UHGV virus genome: UHGV-0098755
Strand: one strand, 5' to 3'
Length of the DNA stretch: 64,000 nt
From: a virus
Shown: positions 35,701 through 46,794 of the stretch, one piece after another
Layout of the letters: each line of letters opens with the position of its first letter
Position numbering within the stretch: position 1 is the stretch's first letter
Position numbers and translations under genes: made by a program
The notes under the pieces: model-generated
Told to the model about the DNA's origin: nothing
Database searches by the model: none
Seen by the model: only the letters and a program-made list of their open reading frames with translations

Positions 35701-35894
35701 ACTAATTCCTTTAATCCATAGATAGGAGATAATTCATCACCCATACGAAGGTCTTCATTTCCATCTACCCAAGAAACAATATAAGCCTCTTTTATTTGAA
35801 TACCACTCCATTTAAATGGAGGTAGAACCTTAGAAATTAATCCAGGTATACCAACTCCCTTTAATTCAACAGTTTGACCTAAAAAGAATTTCAT
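35697..35894 (-). CDS. hypothetical protein (65 aa), position of T4 30.5
   Basis: ATG start; ATGA-type overlap with upstream ORF. Confidence 0.45.
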   Translation of the reverse strand: MKFFLGQTVELKGVGIPGLISKVLPPFKWSGIQIKEAYIVSWVDGNEDLRMGDELSPIYGLKELV

Positions 35895-36181
35895 TAAAAC
35901 CTCATCTGAAACCCGTGTGATTTAACATTACCGCCGCCAATATCAGAAATGTTAATTTCACGCGCAATTGAAGGGTCAATATCAATTTCACGATTGAGTT
36001 TAGTGATAGCTAGGGTATCACGGCCATTTACAGTACGGAACTCTAAAGGGCAGACTACATTAACGTAGTTTTTAATCGATTCACTGGTAGGCTGCAAATG
36101 AGCAGGAAGGTCTTTAGGTGCCTTTGAGAAAACCACTTCACAGAAATTTTTGCGGGTATCAAAATAAGTAGTCATAAACAT
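35894..36181 (-). CDS. hypothetical protein (95 aa with GTG start; 93 aa from ATG at 36175), position of T4 30.6
   Basis: GAGGA 9 nt upstream of GTG at 36181. Confidence 0.45.
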   Translation of the reverse strand: MFMTTYFDTRKNFCEVVFSKAPKDLPAHLQPTSESIKNYVNVVCPLEFRTVNGRDTLAITKLNREIDIDPSIAREINISDIGGGNVKSHGFQMRF

Positions 36182-36199
36182 AATATTTTCCTCAATAGG

Positions 36200-36215
36200 G
36201 GGCCGAAGCCCCTCA
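36200..36215 (-). terminator. hairpin (UUCG loop on - strand) in the small-ORF cluster upstream of gene 30
   Basis: GGGGGC-CGAA-GCCCCT on +. Confidence 0.4.
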
Positions 36216-36222
36216 TTTTATT

Positions 36223-36588
36223 TTAAATATCAAATTCGTTAAGAACTACATCAAAGATTGCTTCAAGATGCTCAGGTTTAGCTCTATTACTCAGAATATG
36301 ACGAATCCAAGTTTTAACCAGAAGCTTACGATTAACGCCATTCCAGCAAGGATGAGTCCCTAAATCGCGTTGACGAAAATCATCATCTAATGCGATTTTA
36401 AAAGAAGAACCTTCTTTCGTGATTGAAACCGTGATGCCATTTTCAAATCGCATATAAACGTAGTTAGGAGTCATATACTGTTCAATTTCGCATACTGATC
36501 CATTTTGATGTTTCCAAAGGCAGATAGTATCAATAGAACCTGCAATACCATTAGAAACATATTTACGTTCAAAGTTGATGTAGTTCAT
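36223..36588 (-). CDS. hypothetical protein (121 aa), position of T4 30.7
   Basis: ORF-track start 36600 is TTG; ATG at 36588 with GGAG 6 nt upstream. Confidence 0.5.
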   Translation of the reverse strand: MNYINFERKYVSNGIAGSIDTICLWKHQNGSVCEIEQYMTPNYVYMRFENGITVSITKEGSSFKIALDDDFRQRDLGTHPCWNGVNRKLLVKTWIRHILSNRAKPEHLEAIFDVVLNEFDI

Positions 36589-36624
36589 TTTATTCTCCAA
36601 GGTGTTTAATTGCGGTACAGGTAT

Positions 36625-36653
36625 ATAATATCATATCCTGTACCAAAGTAAAC
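36625..36653 (-). promoter_or_regulatory. putative early promoter GTTTAC-N17-TATTAT, overlapping an 8-bp-stem inverted repeat (36614-36644)
   Basis: - strand -35 GTTTAC (36653-36648) and -10 TATTAT (36630-36625); inverted repeat GGTACAGG / CCTGTACC. Confidence 0.35.
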
Positions 36654-36655
36654 AA

Positions 36656-36988
36656 TTATTTTACTACTTTCCAATGCTGCATGTCAAGTTTACCAACTTT
36701 TTTCATCTTCTCAATTAAGCGTTCGGCACGTTGGCGAGCTGTAACATAATGCCATTCGCCTAATTCATTTTGTTCAATTTTTCCAACGATTACTGTATTC
36801 AATTCATAAATCCAACCAGTAAAGAAATTATGAACTTGGATTGCAAAGGTGAAATCTGTTCCCATACCTTCTGTTGTTTCTACTTCAATAATATCACCTT
36901 CAACTGCCATTAAGAACCACATAGTTTCATCATATTTACCATTGAAGCATTTAGTTTTAACTGTAGCGTTCAGATTAATCGTTTTCAT
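36656..36988 (-). CDS. hypothetical protein (110 aa), position of T4 30.8
   Basis: ATG start. Confidence 0.5.
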   Translation of the reverse strand: MKTINLNATVKTKCFNGKYDETMWFLMAVEGDIIEVETTEGMGTDFTFAIQVHNFFTGWIYELNTVIVGKIEQNELGEWHYVTARQRAERLIEKMKKVGKLDMQHWKVVK

Positions 36989-37074
36989 TTTATTCTCCTT
37001 TGTTGGTGTAAGATAATACTATCACAAAGGAACCATACTGTAAACAACTTTATGCAATCTTTGGAAAATAAAAA

Positions 37075-37094
37075 AGGACTCCCGAAGGAGTCCT
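37075..37094 (-). terminator. 8-bp-stem hairpin (UUCG loop on - strand) after the small basic ORF
   Basis: AGGACTCC-CGAA-GGAGTCCT on +, preceded by A-run (U-run on - strand). Confidence 0.5.
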
Positions 37095-37098
37095 CAAC

Positions 37099-37317
37099 TT
37101 ATGCTTTCTGCTTACCAAAACGAGAAGCATCATCTCGAAGAACCGCACGTGCTCGGCGCATGATCTTCTCAACAGTTTGATTGATACGAGAGTTCGACCC
37201 ACGCTTGTAGCCAGCGCGTTTAGAATCACCAACTTTCTTTTCAACTGCTTTCTTTGCTTTAGCTTGTTTTGCCATTATAAATTCTCTTTTAAATGAAAAT
37301 GCAGGACTTATTGGCAT
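37099..37317 (-). CDS. small highly basic protein (72 aa; alternative ATG at 37275 gives 58 aa), position of T4 30.9
   Basis: Lys/Arg-rich; the internal ATG at 37275 has the better AAGAG-type RBS. Confidence 0.45.
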   Translation of the reverse strand: MPISPAFSFKREFIMAKQAKAKKAVEKKVGDSKRAGYKRGSNSRINQTVEKIMRRARAVLRDDASRFGKQKA

Positions 37318-37394
37318 TGCCTGCGCAAGCCCTCAAGGGGAACATAGGTTTTGAATATTTACCGACAGGATAACCATAAACCTCGTCAACATAA

Positions 37395-37643
37395 TTACTT
37401 CAGTGTTACCACAAAGTGACGAACTGCTTTTCGTGCAGCAGAAGCCAGAGGCTTAGCATATTTAAGTTCATCTTTTTCCTGAAGCTCAGCAGCTAATGCA
37501 GTTTGAGCAGGATTCAGATGTTTGAAATAACGCAGGATTTCAAGAGCTTCGGCTTCAACATCAATAGATGCGCCATAGTTTTCGTGCCCATTATTCCATG
37601 CGTTTCGTTGCAGTTCAAGAGCGTGTTGTAATTGTTTAATCAT
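37395..37643 (-). CDS. rIII: rIII lysis-inhibition accessory protein (82 aa)
   Basis: 82 aa; position between the 30.x cluster and gene 31. Confidence 0.7.
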   Translation of the reverse strand: MIKQLQHALELQRNAWNNGHENYGASIDVEAEALEILRYFKHLNPAQTALAAELQEKDELKYAKPLASAARKAVRHFVVTLK

Positions 37644-37790
37644 TTAAAAATTCTCGTTAGAGATTAAAACTCGGTAGTCACGTTCTTCTGAATTTCATCT
37701 TCTTTCGACAGATCTCTCAGTTGTAGACTACCACATAGAATTGTTCGGTTAACTTATTATTCCGACACCCAATTCATATTATTATTTATA

Positions 37791-38126
37791 TCACTTATAA
37801 AGACACGGAATAGCTTTATAGTGACAGGTAACAAATTTTTGTTTAATTTCTTTTGGCTGCTTAAGACCCAGAGCTACAAAAGGATGTGGAACGTTTCGAA
37901 TTTGACCAACTGGAAGAGAAGTCAAATCACCAACTTCGCAGAAACCTTCAGGAACATCAGGACCAACAGAGTGAATTACACACAGTTCAGGAACTTCACC
38001 TTGAACACGTTTACCGATAATAAGTCCTGATTCTGTAACTTCTTCATCACCGGCTTGTGCAGGTTCAGAAACTAAAATAACATATTCACCGACAGCACGA
38101 ATTGGTAGCTGTTGTACTTCAGACAT
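37791..38126 (-). CDS. 31: co-chaperonin gp31 (GroES analogue, 111 aa)
   Basis: 111 aa; synteny rIII-31-cd. Confidence 0.8.
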   Translation of the reverse strand: MSEVQQLPIRAVGEYVILVSEPAQAGDEEVTESGLIIGKRVQGEVPELCVIHSVGPDVPEGFCEVGDLTSLPVGQIRNVPHPFVALGLKQPKEIKQKFVTCHYKAIPCLYK

Positions 38127-38183
38127 CGTTTTTCCTTTTTTGTTAACAGATAAATTAATAATAACAAATAATTCTTAAAGCAT

Positions 38184-38492
38184 TTATTTACCAATAAATT
38201 GGAGCAAATGCTTAACTTTCATACCATTAACAGAAATCAATTTGTCAATAGAAAAACCTCGCCAAGCGCCAAGTTCAACATCAAATACTGGAATCATATC
38301 CGTAGATTCTTTCCGAGTAGATTCAGTCAATTTACCAGTTTGCATGGTTGGCATAAAGTCTGCATCACGAGTACCTTTCATAGTACGAATAGTACCATCA
38401 GACTTTTCAAAAACTACGTTTGAAACACCCATGGACAATTTAGTTTTCAAAATTTCACGAATTGCTACTTTCTGTTCAGTTGTCAATTTCAT
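38184..38492 (-). CDS. hypothetical protein (102 aa), position of T4 31.1
   Basis: ATG start. Confidence 0.5.
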   Translation of the reverse strand: MKLTTEQKVAIREILKTKLSMGVSNVVFEKSDGTIRTMKGTRDADFMPTMQTGKLTESTRKESTDMIPVFDVELGAWRGFSIDKLISVNGMKVKHLLQFIGK

Positions 38493-38729
38493 TTATTTAC
38501 CTATTACAGTTTTAATATGGGTTGTTCCACGTTCTTTAAGAGTGGAAAGCAATTTTTGGCATTTTTCTAAATCAGATTTCCAACTATACGGTCTATCAAT
38601 ACAAACCCATTCTGACTTATAATACTGCTTCCATTTAGAGAAAAAATATTTCTTATACTCTACAGCAAATGAAATGTTCTCGTTAGAATAAGAACTAATT
38701 GCTGTGAGTTGTACCAAACGAAATTTCAT
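38493..38729 (-). CDS. hypothetical protein (78 aa), position of T4 31.2
   Basis: ATG start. Confidence 0.45.
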   Translation of the reverse strand: MKFRLVQLTAISSYSNENISFAVEYKKYFFSKWKQYYKSEWVCIDRPYSWKSDLEKCQKLLSTLKERGTTHIKTVIGK

Positions 38730-39310
38730 TATTCACCACAGAATTCGTTGATATTTTCCCAGTTTAACTTATTCAAGTTTTTCTTAGGAACATTAAACAC
38801 TTCAATACCTGCATTTCGCAGAATATCATCCCAGCCAGGTTTATTTTTATCGTATGTTTCGCAATAAACTAGCTTTTTAATACCAGATTGAGCTATCGCT
38901 TTTGCGCAATCCGGACATGGAGAAAGTGTTACATACATAGTAGCACCTTCAATTGAAGAACCGTTTCGTGCAGCAAACAAAATTGCATTTAGTTCAGCAT
39001 GAATTTCATTTTTAGACGACCATTCAGAGTGAGCGCTACGATGTTCTTTCGCCAAGACAAAACGATCAGTTGAACCAAATGATACGCATTCAGGCTTATG
39101 ACCTTGAATGATAGTATGTTTAGGCTTATTCAACAACCAACCTTGCTCAGCAGCATAATCACAACAGTTCACACCCCCTGCGGGTGAACCATTATATCCG
39201 GTAGAAATAATACGTCCATTCTTTTCAATTACTGCTCCTACCTTCCAGGAGCAACATTTTGATTCCTGCGATACTAAATATGCAATTTGAAGTACTGTAC
39301 TCGCTTTCAT
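38729..39310 (-). CDS. cd: dCMP deaminase (193 aa)
   Basis: Zinc-deaminase motifs HAE...PCPDC; 193 aa. Confidence 0.85.
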   Translation of the reverse strand: MKASTVLQIAYLVSQESKCCSWKVGAVIEKNGRIISTGYNGSPAGGVNCCDYAAEQGWLLNKPKHTIIQGHKPECVSFGSTDRFVLAKEHRSAHSEWSSKNEIHAELNAILFAARNGSSIEGATMYVTLSPCPDCAKAIAQSGIKKLVYCETYDKNKPGWDDILRNAGIEVFNVPKKNLNKLNWENINEFCGE

Positions 39311-39645
39311 TTCATAATCACCAGATAAGCAGATTTAGTAGTTTCAACACGATAAATTTCGTGACGAAGTTTAGTTATACTTTTAATAACAGAACTAATT
39401 ATATTCTGCCCATCTTTAAAGCGGTTTTTCTTATCAATAAAAACTGCGCCAGTCATCTTTTTGTGAAGCTCAACTGGATACTTCGTCACAATAATAGCAT
39501 CATACACAGAAGGATGAATACTATTCACCAGAGTGTCATTCATTAAAGTTATTCTAATGAACTGTGCTGTTTCAGAGTCAAGCGCTCTATGATCGCCAGT
39601 ATCATTTTCAAGACAATTATCAATTATATCAGTTAAATTCATCAT
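39307..39645 (-). CDS. hypothetical protein (112 aa), cd-pseT interval
   Basis: ATG start. Confidence 0.45.
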   Translation of the reverse strand: MMNLTDIIDNCLENDTGDHRALDSETAQFIRITLMNDTLVNSIHPSVYDAIIVTKYPVELHKKMTGAVFIDKKNRFKDGQNIISSVIKSITKLRHEIYRVETTKSAYLVIMK

Positions 39646-39878
39646 AGTACGCCATACACCCTTTGTGCTTCAACTAATCCATCAAAATCCAATTTGAGAT
39701 GTGTTATTTGATCACCATCATCTGGATTCACAATTACTAATACTGAACGAGGAGTTTCGGTAATAACACGAACCGATGTTTCAGGAAATCGTTCAGAAAC
39801 CTTATTTACCAATTCCTGTGCAAATAGTTTAACTTTTTCTTGGAATTCTTTAACAGTAATCGGTTTTTCACTTAGCAT
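39642..39878 (-). CDS. hypothetical protein (78 aa), cd-pseT interval
   Basis: ATG start. Confidence 0.45.
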   Translation of the reverse strand: MLSEKPITVKEFQEKVKLFAQELVNKVSERFPETSVRVITETPRSVLVIVNPDDGDQITHLKLDFDGLVEAQRVYGVL

Positions 39879-40399
39879 GTTGATCCCAGCTCCTTACTTT
39901 CAACGTTTTTAACTAATTTGACAGAAACTAATTCAGCATCTTGAGTAATCATTACCGGACCTTCTTCATACTCTTCAAGATATTCTAGAGCTTTCTTTTT
40001 AGCTTCTTCCTTCGTATCAGTTTGAGCATAGATATAAAACATACAACCAGTAATACCTACTACTTTCCACTTAATTTCTTTATCAGTTTTAATTTCAAAT
40101 TTACTTACAGAATCATCTTTTTGAACTTCTTCGAAAAAAGAATATTCTAGCATATAAGCAATTGAAAACAACGGGCTAACTTTATAGGATTCACCCATTA
40201 CATCAACAGCTTTATACCAACAATCATCAATTTCGCGTTTAATGCTAATAACATTTTTCGCAGGATCTATTTTTACTTTAAATGAATTTTCCCCAATAAA
40301 CTGGGCAATTCGTTTATTAGCCCCGCAAGTTTCATTAAAAATATCTTTATATCCAGCTTTAAAGCGATAAACCTTATCTTCTTCAAACCATTCGCTCAT
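39872..40399 (-). CDS. hypothetical protein (175 aa), cd-pseT interval
   Basis: ATG start. Confidence 0.5.
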   Translation of the reverse strand: MSEWFEEDKVYRFKAGYKDIFNETCGANKRIAQFIGENSFKVKIDPAKNVISIKREIDDCWYKAVDVMGESYKVSPLFSIAYMLEYSFFEEVQKDDSVSKFEIKTDKEIKWKVVGITGCMFYIYAQTDTKEEAKKKALEYLEEYEEGPVMITQDAELVSVKLVKNVESKELGSTC

Positions 40400-40461
40400 T
40401 TCAATTTCCTCATTTGTTTTGGTAGAGCTATAATATCACAACTCTACCGTAAAGTAAACTG

Positions 40462-40737
40462 TTAAATTGCTTTGAATTCTGATGTCTGCGATTCAAAACG
40501 AATATCGCCTTTGATAACTAACTCAGCATCAAGACCGAATACGACAATGATATGCGCAGAACTTGGATACAGCGTAATGGCAATAGAATCCACCTGGTCT
40601 GGAAGCAAAGTGTTCAATACATGAGTCACTTGAGCATGAATTCGAAGCTCAGCTGCGTTATCAAGTTTTTCAAACATATTATTAGCGATAATTTGGCTAA
40701 ACACTACTTCTACGATTTTAGAGTAAGTCGGAAACAT
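40462..40737 (-). CDS. hypothetical protein (91 aa), cd-pseT interval
   Basis: ATG start. Confidence 0.45.
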   Translation of the reverse strand: MFPTYSKIVEVVFSQIIANNMFEKLDNAAELRIHAQVTHVLNTLLPDQVDSIAITLYPSSAHIIVVFGLDAELVIKGDIRFESQTSEFKAI

Positions 40738-40801
40738 ATTTACCTCACATAATTTTCTTCAAACCAATTAATAATATCCCAAGTTTCATGATGCCAAGCC
40801 A

Positions 40802-41707
<906 letters not shown>

Positions 41708-41935
41708 TTATTTTTTCTCAACTAATGATTGAATATAATCATGTAGGTCTTTAGATGCTTTACCCCACTTATTTTGATATTCATTTTTGAGATTAGCACG
41801 TGATTGAGCTAATAAAACATCATTAGTTGGAGGTAAAGATTCTAACCGCTGAATCTGGCGTCCATAAATCATTGCAGCCATCTCGGATTCATAAATCAAT
41901 CCTTTGAGATGTTCAAATTGATGCCATGAAATCAT
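41708..41935 (-). CDS. hypothetical protein (75 aa), pseT-alc interval
   Basis: ATG start. Confidence 0.45.
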   Translation of the reverse strand: MISWHQFEHLKGLIYESEMAAMIYGRQIQRLESLPPTNDVLLAQSRANLKNEYQNKWGKASKDLHDYIQSLVEKK

Positions 41936-42231
41936 TTACATTTATCCTCTTTTAGCTCTTGACGATAATAACATATCATAGTTTTCTGGTCATGTACATA
42001 TCGTTTTACATCATTAAGCCAAATACGAAATTCCTGGGAATCTTCAAATGGCATACCGACCCAAGCTTTACCATCGATAACTTTAACTTGCCAAGATAGT
42101 TTAGCTTCGTCATATGACTTTATTTGTACAGGCCAATTAGGATGAACTGTTTCTTTCTTTACTTCTAGAGGCTTTGTCGAACAACCAACTAGAAGACCAA
42201 TAGATAATATTACTGCTGATAGTTTAATCAT
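41932..42231 (-). CDS. predicted lipoprotein (99 aa)
   Basis: Signal peptide with lipobox LLVGC (MIKLSAVILSIGLLVGCSTK). Confidence 0.5.
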   Translation of the reverse strand: MIKLSAVILSIGLLVGCSTKPLEVKKETVHPNWPVQIKSYDEAKLSWQVKVIDGKAWVGMPFEDSQEFRIWLNDVKRYVHDQKTMICYYRQELKEDKCK

Positions 42232-42581
42232 TTAGAAAGGTCCTGGATGTCTTCTGCGAACTTGTTGAAGGAGTTGTTGATTTGTTTTTCAACCAATCCT
42301 GGCTTATGAGCCACCACATCCGCCTTCTTTGCGTCTTTGCGCAGTTTTTCATTTTCACGCTCAATAGCAGCAATTGCCTCACGATTTTTATTATTCATCG
42401 CATCAATATAATTATACTGAATTCGCAAATTATTTAATGCTAAGGCGTTTTCATTGGCCGTTTTTGTAATTTCTACAACAGACGTTTCTAATCTTTCAAT
42501 TTTATTTTTTAAAATTAAAGAAGTTCCGCCTAATGCAATTACAATTAATAGCAAACCTGTTGTCGTATTACTTAATTGCAT
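42228..42581 (-). CDS. predicted membrane-anchored coiled-coil protein (117 aa)
   Basis: N-terminal hydrophobic segment GLLLIVIALGGTSLIL followed by helical charged region. Confidence 0.45.
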   Translation of the reverse strand: MQLSNTTTGLLLIVIALGGTSLILKNKIERLETSVVEITKTANENALALNNLRIQYNYIDAMNNKNREAIAAIERENEKLRKDAKKADVVAHKPGLVEKQINNSFNKFAEDIQDLSK

Positions 42582-43075
42582 AAAGTTTTAATAACCTCTA
42601 TAATATCGTCTTGAGAAAGACCGTTAATTAAAATATGATGTTCCGCCGGAGATTTAGAAATTTTAAAGCATGCCGCAACATCTTCTGCCATATCCGATGC
42701 ACTACGATTTGGATTACTAATTCCAAGGCGGTGTTTTCCCGTCAAAGGATTAACGATGATATAGCATTTGCAGCTATTGATATGAACATTAGGTTGAGTC
42801 TGATTAATGAACACTTCACAATCATACTTAGCGAGTTGATTTTCTAAAAAGACTTTCATCTCTTCAACCGCATCAGGAAGCATATCACGGGCTTGCTCAA
42901 GACGACGATTTCGATATTCTTTAATGGTCGTTTTCCGCTTGACTTGCTTAGCTAAATCTTTCTTAAGATCGGTGATATATCCAACTCGACGATTTCCTTT
43001 GAATACAGAAATCCCATCTGTAGTATCACCGTATGCTTCAACGACCATTTCAGTAGTAATAAGTTGTAAATCCAT
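42572..43075 (-). CDS. alc: Alc transcription termination/unfolding protein (167 aa from second ATG; first ATG at 43078)
   Basis: 167 aa as T4 Alc; GAGGA 7 nt upstream of second ATG; early-promoter/leader repeat upstream. Confidence 0.7.
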   Translation of the reverse strand: MDLQLITTEMVVEAYGDTTDGISVFKGNRRVGYITDLKKDLAKQVKRKTTIKEYRNRRLEQARDMLPDAVEEMKVFLENQLAKYDCEVFINQTQPNVHINSCKCYIIVNPLTGKHRLGISNPNRSASDMAEDVAACFKISKSPAEHHILINGLSQDDIIEVIKTLCN

Positions 43076-43082
43076 CATAAAG

Positions 43083-43136
43083 TCCTCATGTTATGTCAGT
43101 AAGACTACTATAACACAACACGAGGGACTTGTAAAC
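43083..43136 (-). promoter_or_regulatory. early-type promoter plus conserved leader (repeat copy 2), drives alc
   Basis: Same GTTTAC...TATAGT...GAGGA block immediately after the rnlA stop and before the alc ATG. Confidence 0.5.
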
Positions 43137-43139
43137 AGC

Positions 43140-44727
<1,588 letters not shown>

Positions 44728-44734
44728 AATAAAA

Positions 44735-44750
44735 TGGGCCTTGCGGCCCA
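44735..44750 (-). terminator. hairpin between nrdB stop and denA start (terminator or RBS-modulating structure)
   Basis: TGGGCC-TTGC-GGCCCA; separates AAGGAG from the denA ATG. Confidence 0.45.
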
Positions 44751-44754
44751 CTCC

Positions 44755-45924
44755 TTAAAAGTATTTTTTAAAACTCATCATAACTTTATCATCAACATCA
44801 TTATCAATCTGTGCAACAAGGTAAGATGACAGTTCTACTTCTTGTGGCGCGGATTGAACATTATCAGAATTAAGATATTCACGAATCCAAGGATATGGGT
44901 GTTTAACCGGAGCATCGGTAATTGGGCATGGAAGACCACACTGTTTCATACGAGATACAGTTAAGTAATCAATAAAGCTCCACATGCTATTTGTATTTAA
45001 TCCAGGAACATCGCCATCTTTAAATAAATGAACTGCCCAGTCTTTTTCTTGACGGTTAACTTCCATGAAAATATCAACTGCTTCTTGTTCACACTCTTGA
45101 GCAATTTTAACCCATTCATCACCATCAGTACCGGATTGAAGTTGACGAATAATATATTGAGTGCCTTTAAGGTGAAGCTGTTCATCACGAGCAATGAACT
45201 TCATAATCTTGGCATTACCTTCCATGATTTCCATGTTCTTATGGAAGTTAAAGGTACATGCGAAAGATACATAAAAACGAATAGCTTCCAATGCGTTGAT
45301 TACATGAAGGCAAAGATAAAGAGATTTCATTAATGCTCGTTTAGTACATTCAACAACTTTGCCTAACTCTTCTTTACGAAATCCTTCTGATAAAATTCCT
45401 TCATAATCTTCAACCGCATTCTGATATTCACGAGTCTTAACTAGAACATCATCATAATAACGACCAATAGATTCAGCACGTTTCATGATAGCTTTATCTA
45501 ATACAATCTCATCAAATACCTTTGACGGATCAGTATAAAGATTTCGCATGATATGAGTATATGAACGACTGTGAATAGTTTCACTAAAAGTCCATGTAGC
45601 AACCCATGTATCAAGACTTGGGTCTGAAATTAATGACATAAGTACAGCAGAAGGCGCACGACCCTGAATGCTATCCAAAAGTGATTGATACTTCAGATTA
45701 TTAGTAAAAATATCCTGCTGATATTGAGGAAGCTTATTAAATTGTGCAGCATCCATCATCAAGTTTACTTCTTCAGGACGCCAGAAAAATGACAACTGCT
45801 TTTCGGTTAAATCTTCAAAAACTTTATGACGTTGAATATCATAACGCGCAATACCAAGACCTGAACCAAAAAACATAGGTTCTTTTAAAACATCAACTGG
45901 ATTTGTATTAAAAACTGTAGACAT
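44755..45924 (-). CDS. nrdB: ribonucleotide reductase small subunit NrdB (389 aa), uninterrupted
   Basis: Di-iron ligand motifs (ARDEQLH); one continuous ORF, so no intron. Confidence 0.9.
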   Translation of the reverse strand: MSTVFNTNPVDVLKEPMFFGSGLGIARYDIQRHKVFEDLTEKQLSFFWRPEEVNLMMDAAQFNKLPQYQQDIFTNNLKYQSLLDSIQGRAPSAVLMSLISDPSLDTWVATWTFSETIHSRSYTHIMRNLYTDPSKVFDEIVLDKAIMKRAESIGRYYDDVLVKTREYQNAVEDYEGILSEGFRKEELGKVVECTKRALMKSLYLCLHVINALEAIRFYVSFACTFNFHKNMEIMEGNAKIMKFIARDEQLHLKGTQYIIRQLQSGTDGDEWVKIAQECEQEAVDIFMEVNRQEKDWAVHLFKDGDVPGLNTNSMWSFIDYLTVSRMKQCGLPCPITDAPVKHPYPWIREYLNSDNVQSAPQEVELSSYLVAQIDNDVDDKVMMSFKKYF

Positions 45925-45958
45925 ATTATTCTCGCTTATTATAGGTTTAAATATTTAA

Positions 45959-46762
45959 TCACATATTATGTATAAGCACTTCAGTCTGAAATGATGCACC
46001 TTTCTTTTGCTTCCTATACATGGTTTCAAAATATTCAATTTTGAAATTATTAGAAAGGGCCCAATCTTTTAAAATATAATTATTAATATCGTCTGATAGA
46101 TTATTAGTGATAATAAATTTAGACTTTGACCGTTTAATTTTATCTAATAATTCTAATTCATCCTTTTCTTCCCATCCTGAATATTTAAATTTAGTAGAAA
46201 GATAAGGCGGGTCAATGAATAAATTTTTGTTTTCAAAATCTAAATCTCTGAATGATTTATTACTAAATGTAAATCGGTGTTGTCTATTTTTAAATTCAGA
46301 AAATTTATCCTGCTGAGACTTATTAAAAGAAGTTCTAGAATACTTGGCTCTATTGGCGAAAGCCGCGTTATAGTTCCCATTACTAGAAAATCGGATTAAT
46401 GAACTGAATGAAAATAAATGTAGAACATAAAGATATAGTCCGTTTTTGGTTTTATCGTATTCTTTTGACAGATTATAAAAAGGTGCTGAATCTTTGTCAT
46501 TCAAATTGAAGTCTTCAATAATTTGAACTATATCATTAATTGAAGATGATTTCATCTTTTTATACATGTCTATAAGAGGAGTATTAATATCATTACATAT
46601 AACATTTCTTTGACAATTCATAGAAAATCCAAGACCGCCACAAAAAGCATCCAAAACGGGCTTATCATCAAAGCGGTTTGAAAATTGTCTAATAAATGGC
46701 ATATACTTATGCTTTGCACCTGGATATGTTATGGCAGGTAGGTCTTTCATATTATTTCTCAT
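45959..46762 (-). CDS. Dam-like N6-adenine DNA methyltransferase (267 aa; alternative start 46750)
   Basis: AdoMet motif I FCGGLG then catalytic motif IV DPPY (alpha-class order); overall similar to but divergent from T4 Dam as recalled. Confidence 0.7.
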   Translation of the reverse strand: MRNNMKDLPAITYPGAKHKYMPFIRQFSNRFDDKPVLDAFCGGLGFSMNCQRNVICNDINTPLIDMYKKMKSSSINDIVQIIEDFNLNDKDSAPFYNLSKEYDKTKNGLYLYVLHLFSFSSLIRFSSNGNYNAAFANRAKYSRTSFNKSQQDKFSEFKNRQHRFTFSNKSFRDLDFENKNLFIDPPYLSTKFKYSGWEEKDELELLDKIKRSKSKFIITNNLSDDINNYILKDWALSNNFKIEYFETMYRKQKKGASFQTEVLIHNM

Positions 46763-46794
46763 TTGTTAGTGACTCGTCCATGAGTCATATTATA

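Noticed and set aside
37821-38622. + strand ORFs (69, 74, 126 aa) across the gene 31 region
   Set aside because: Antisense to gene 31 and its two small neighbours in a - strand operon; no start signals.
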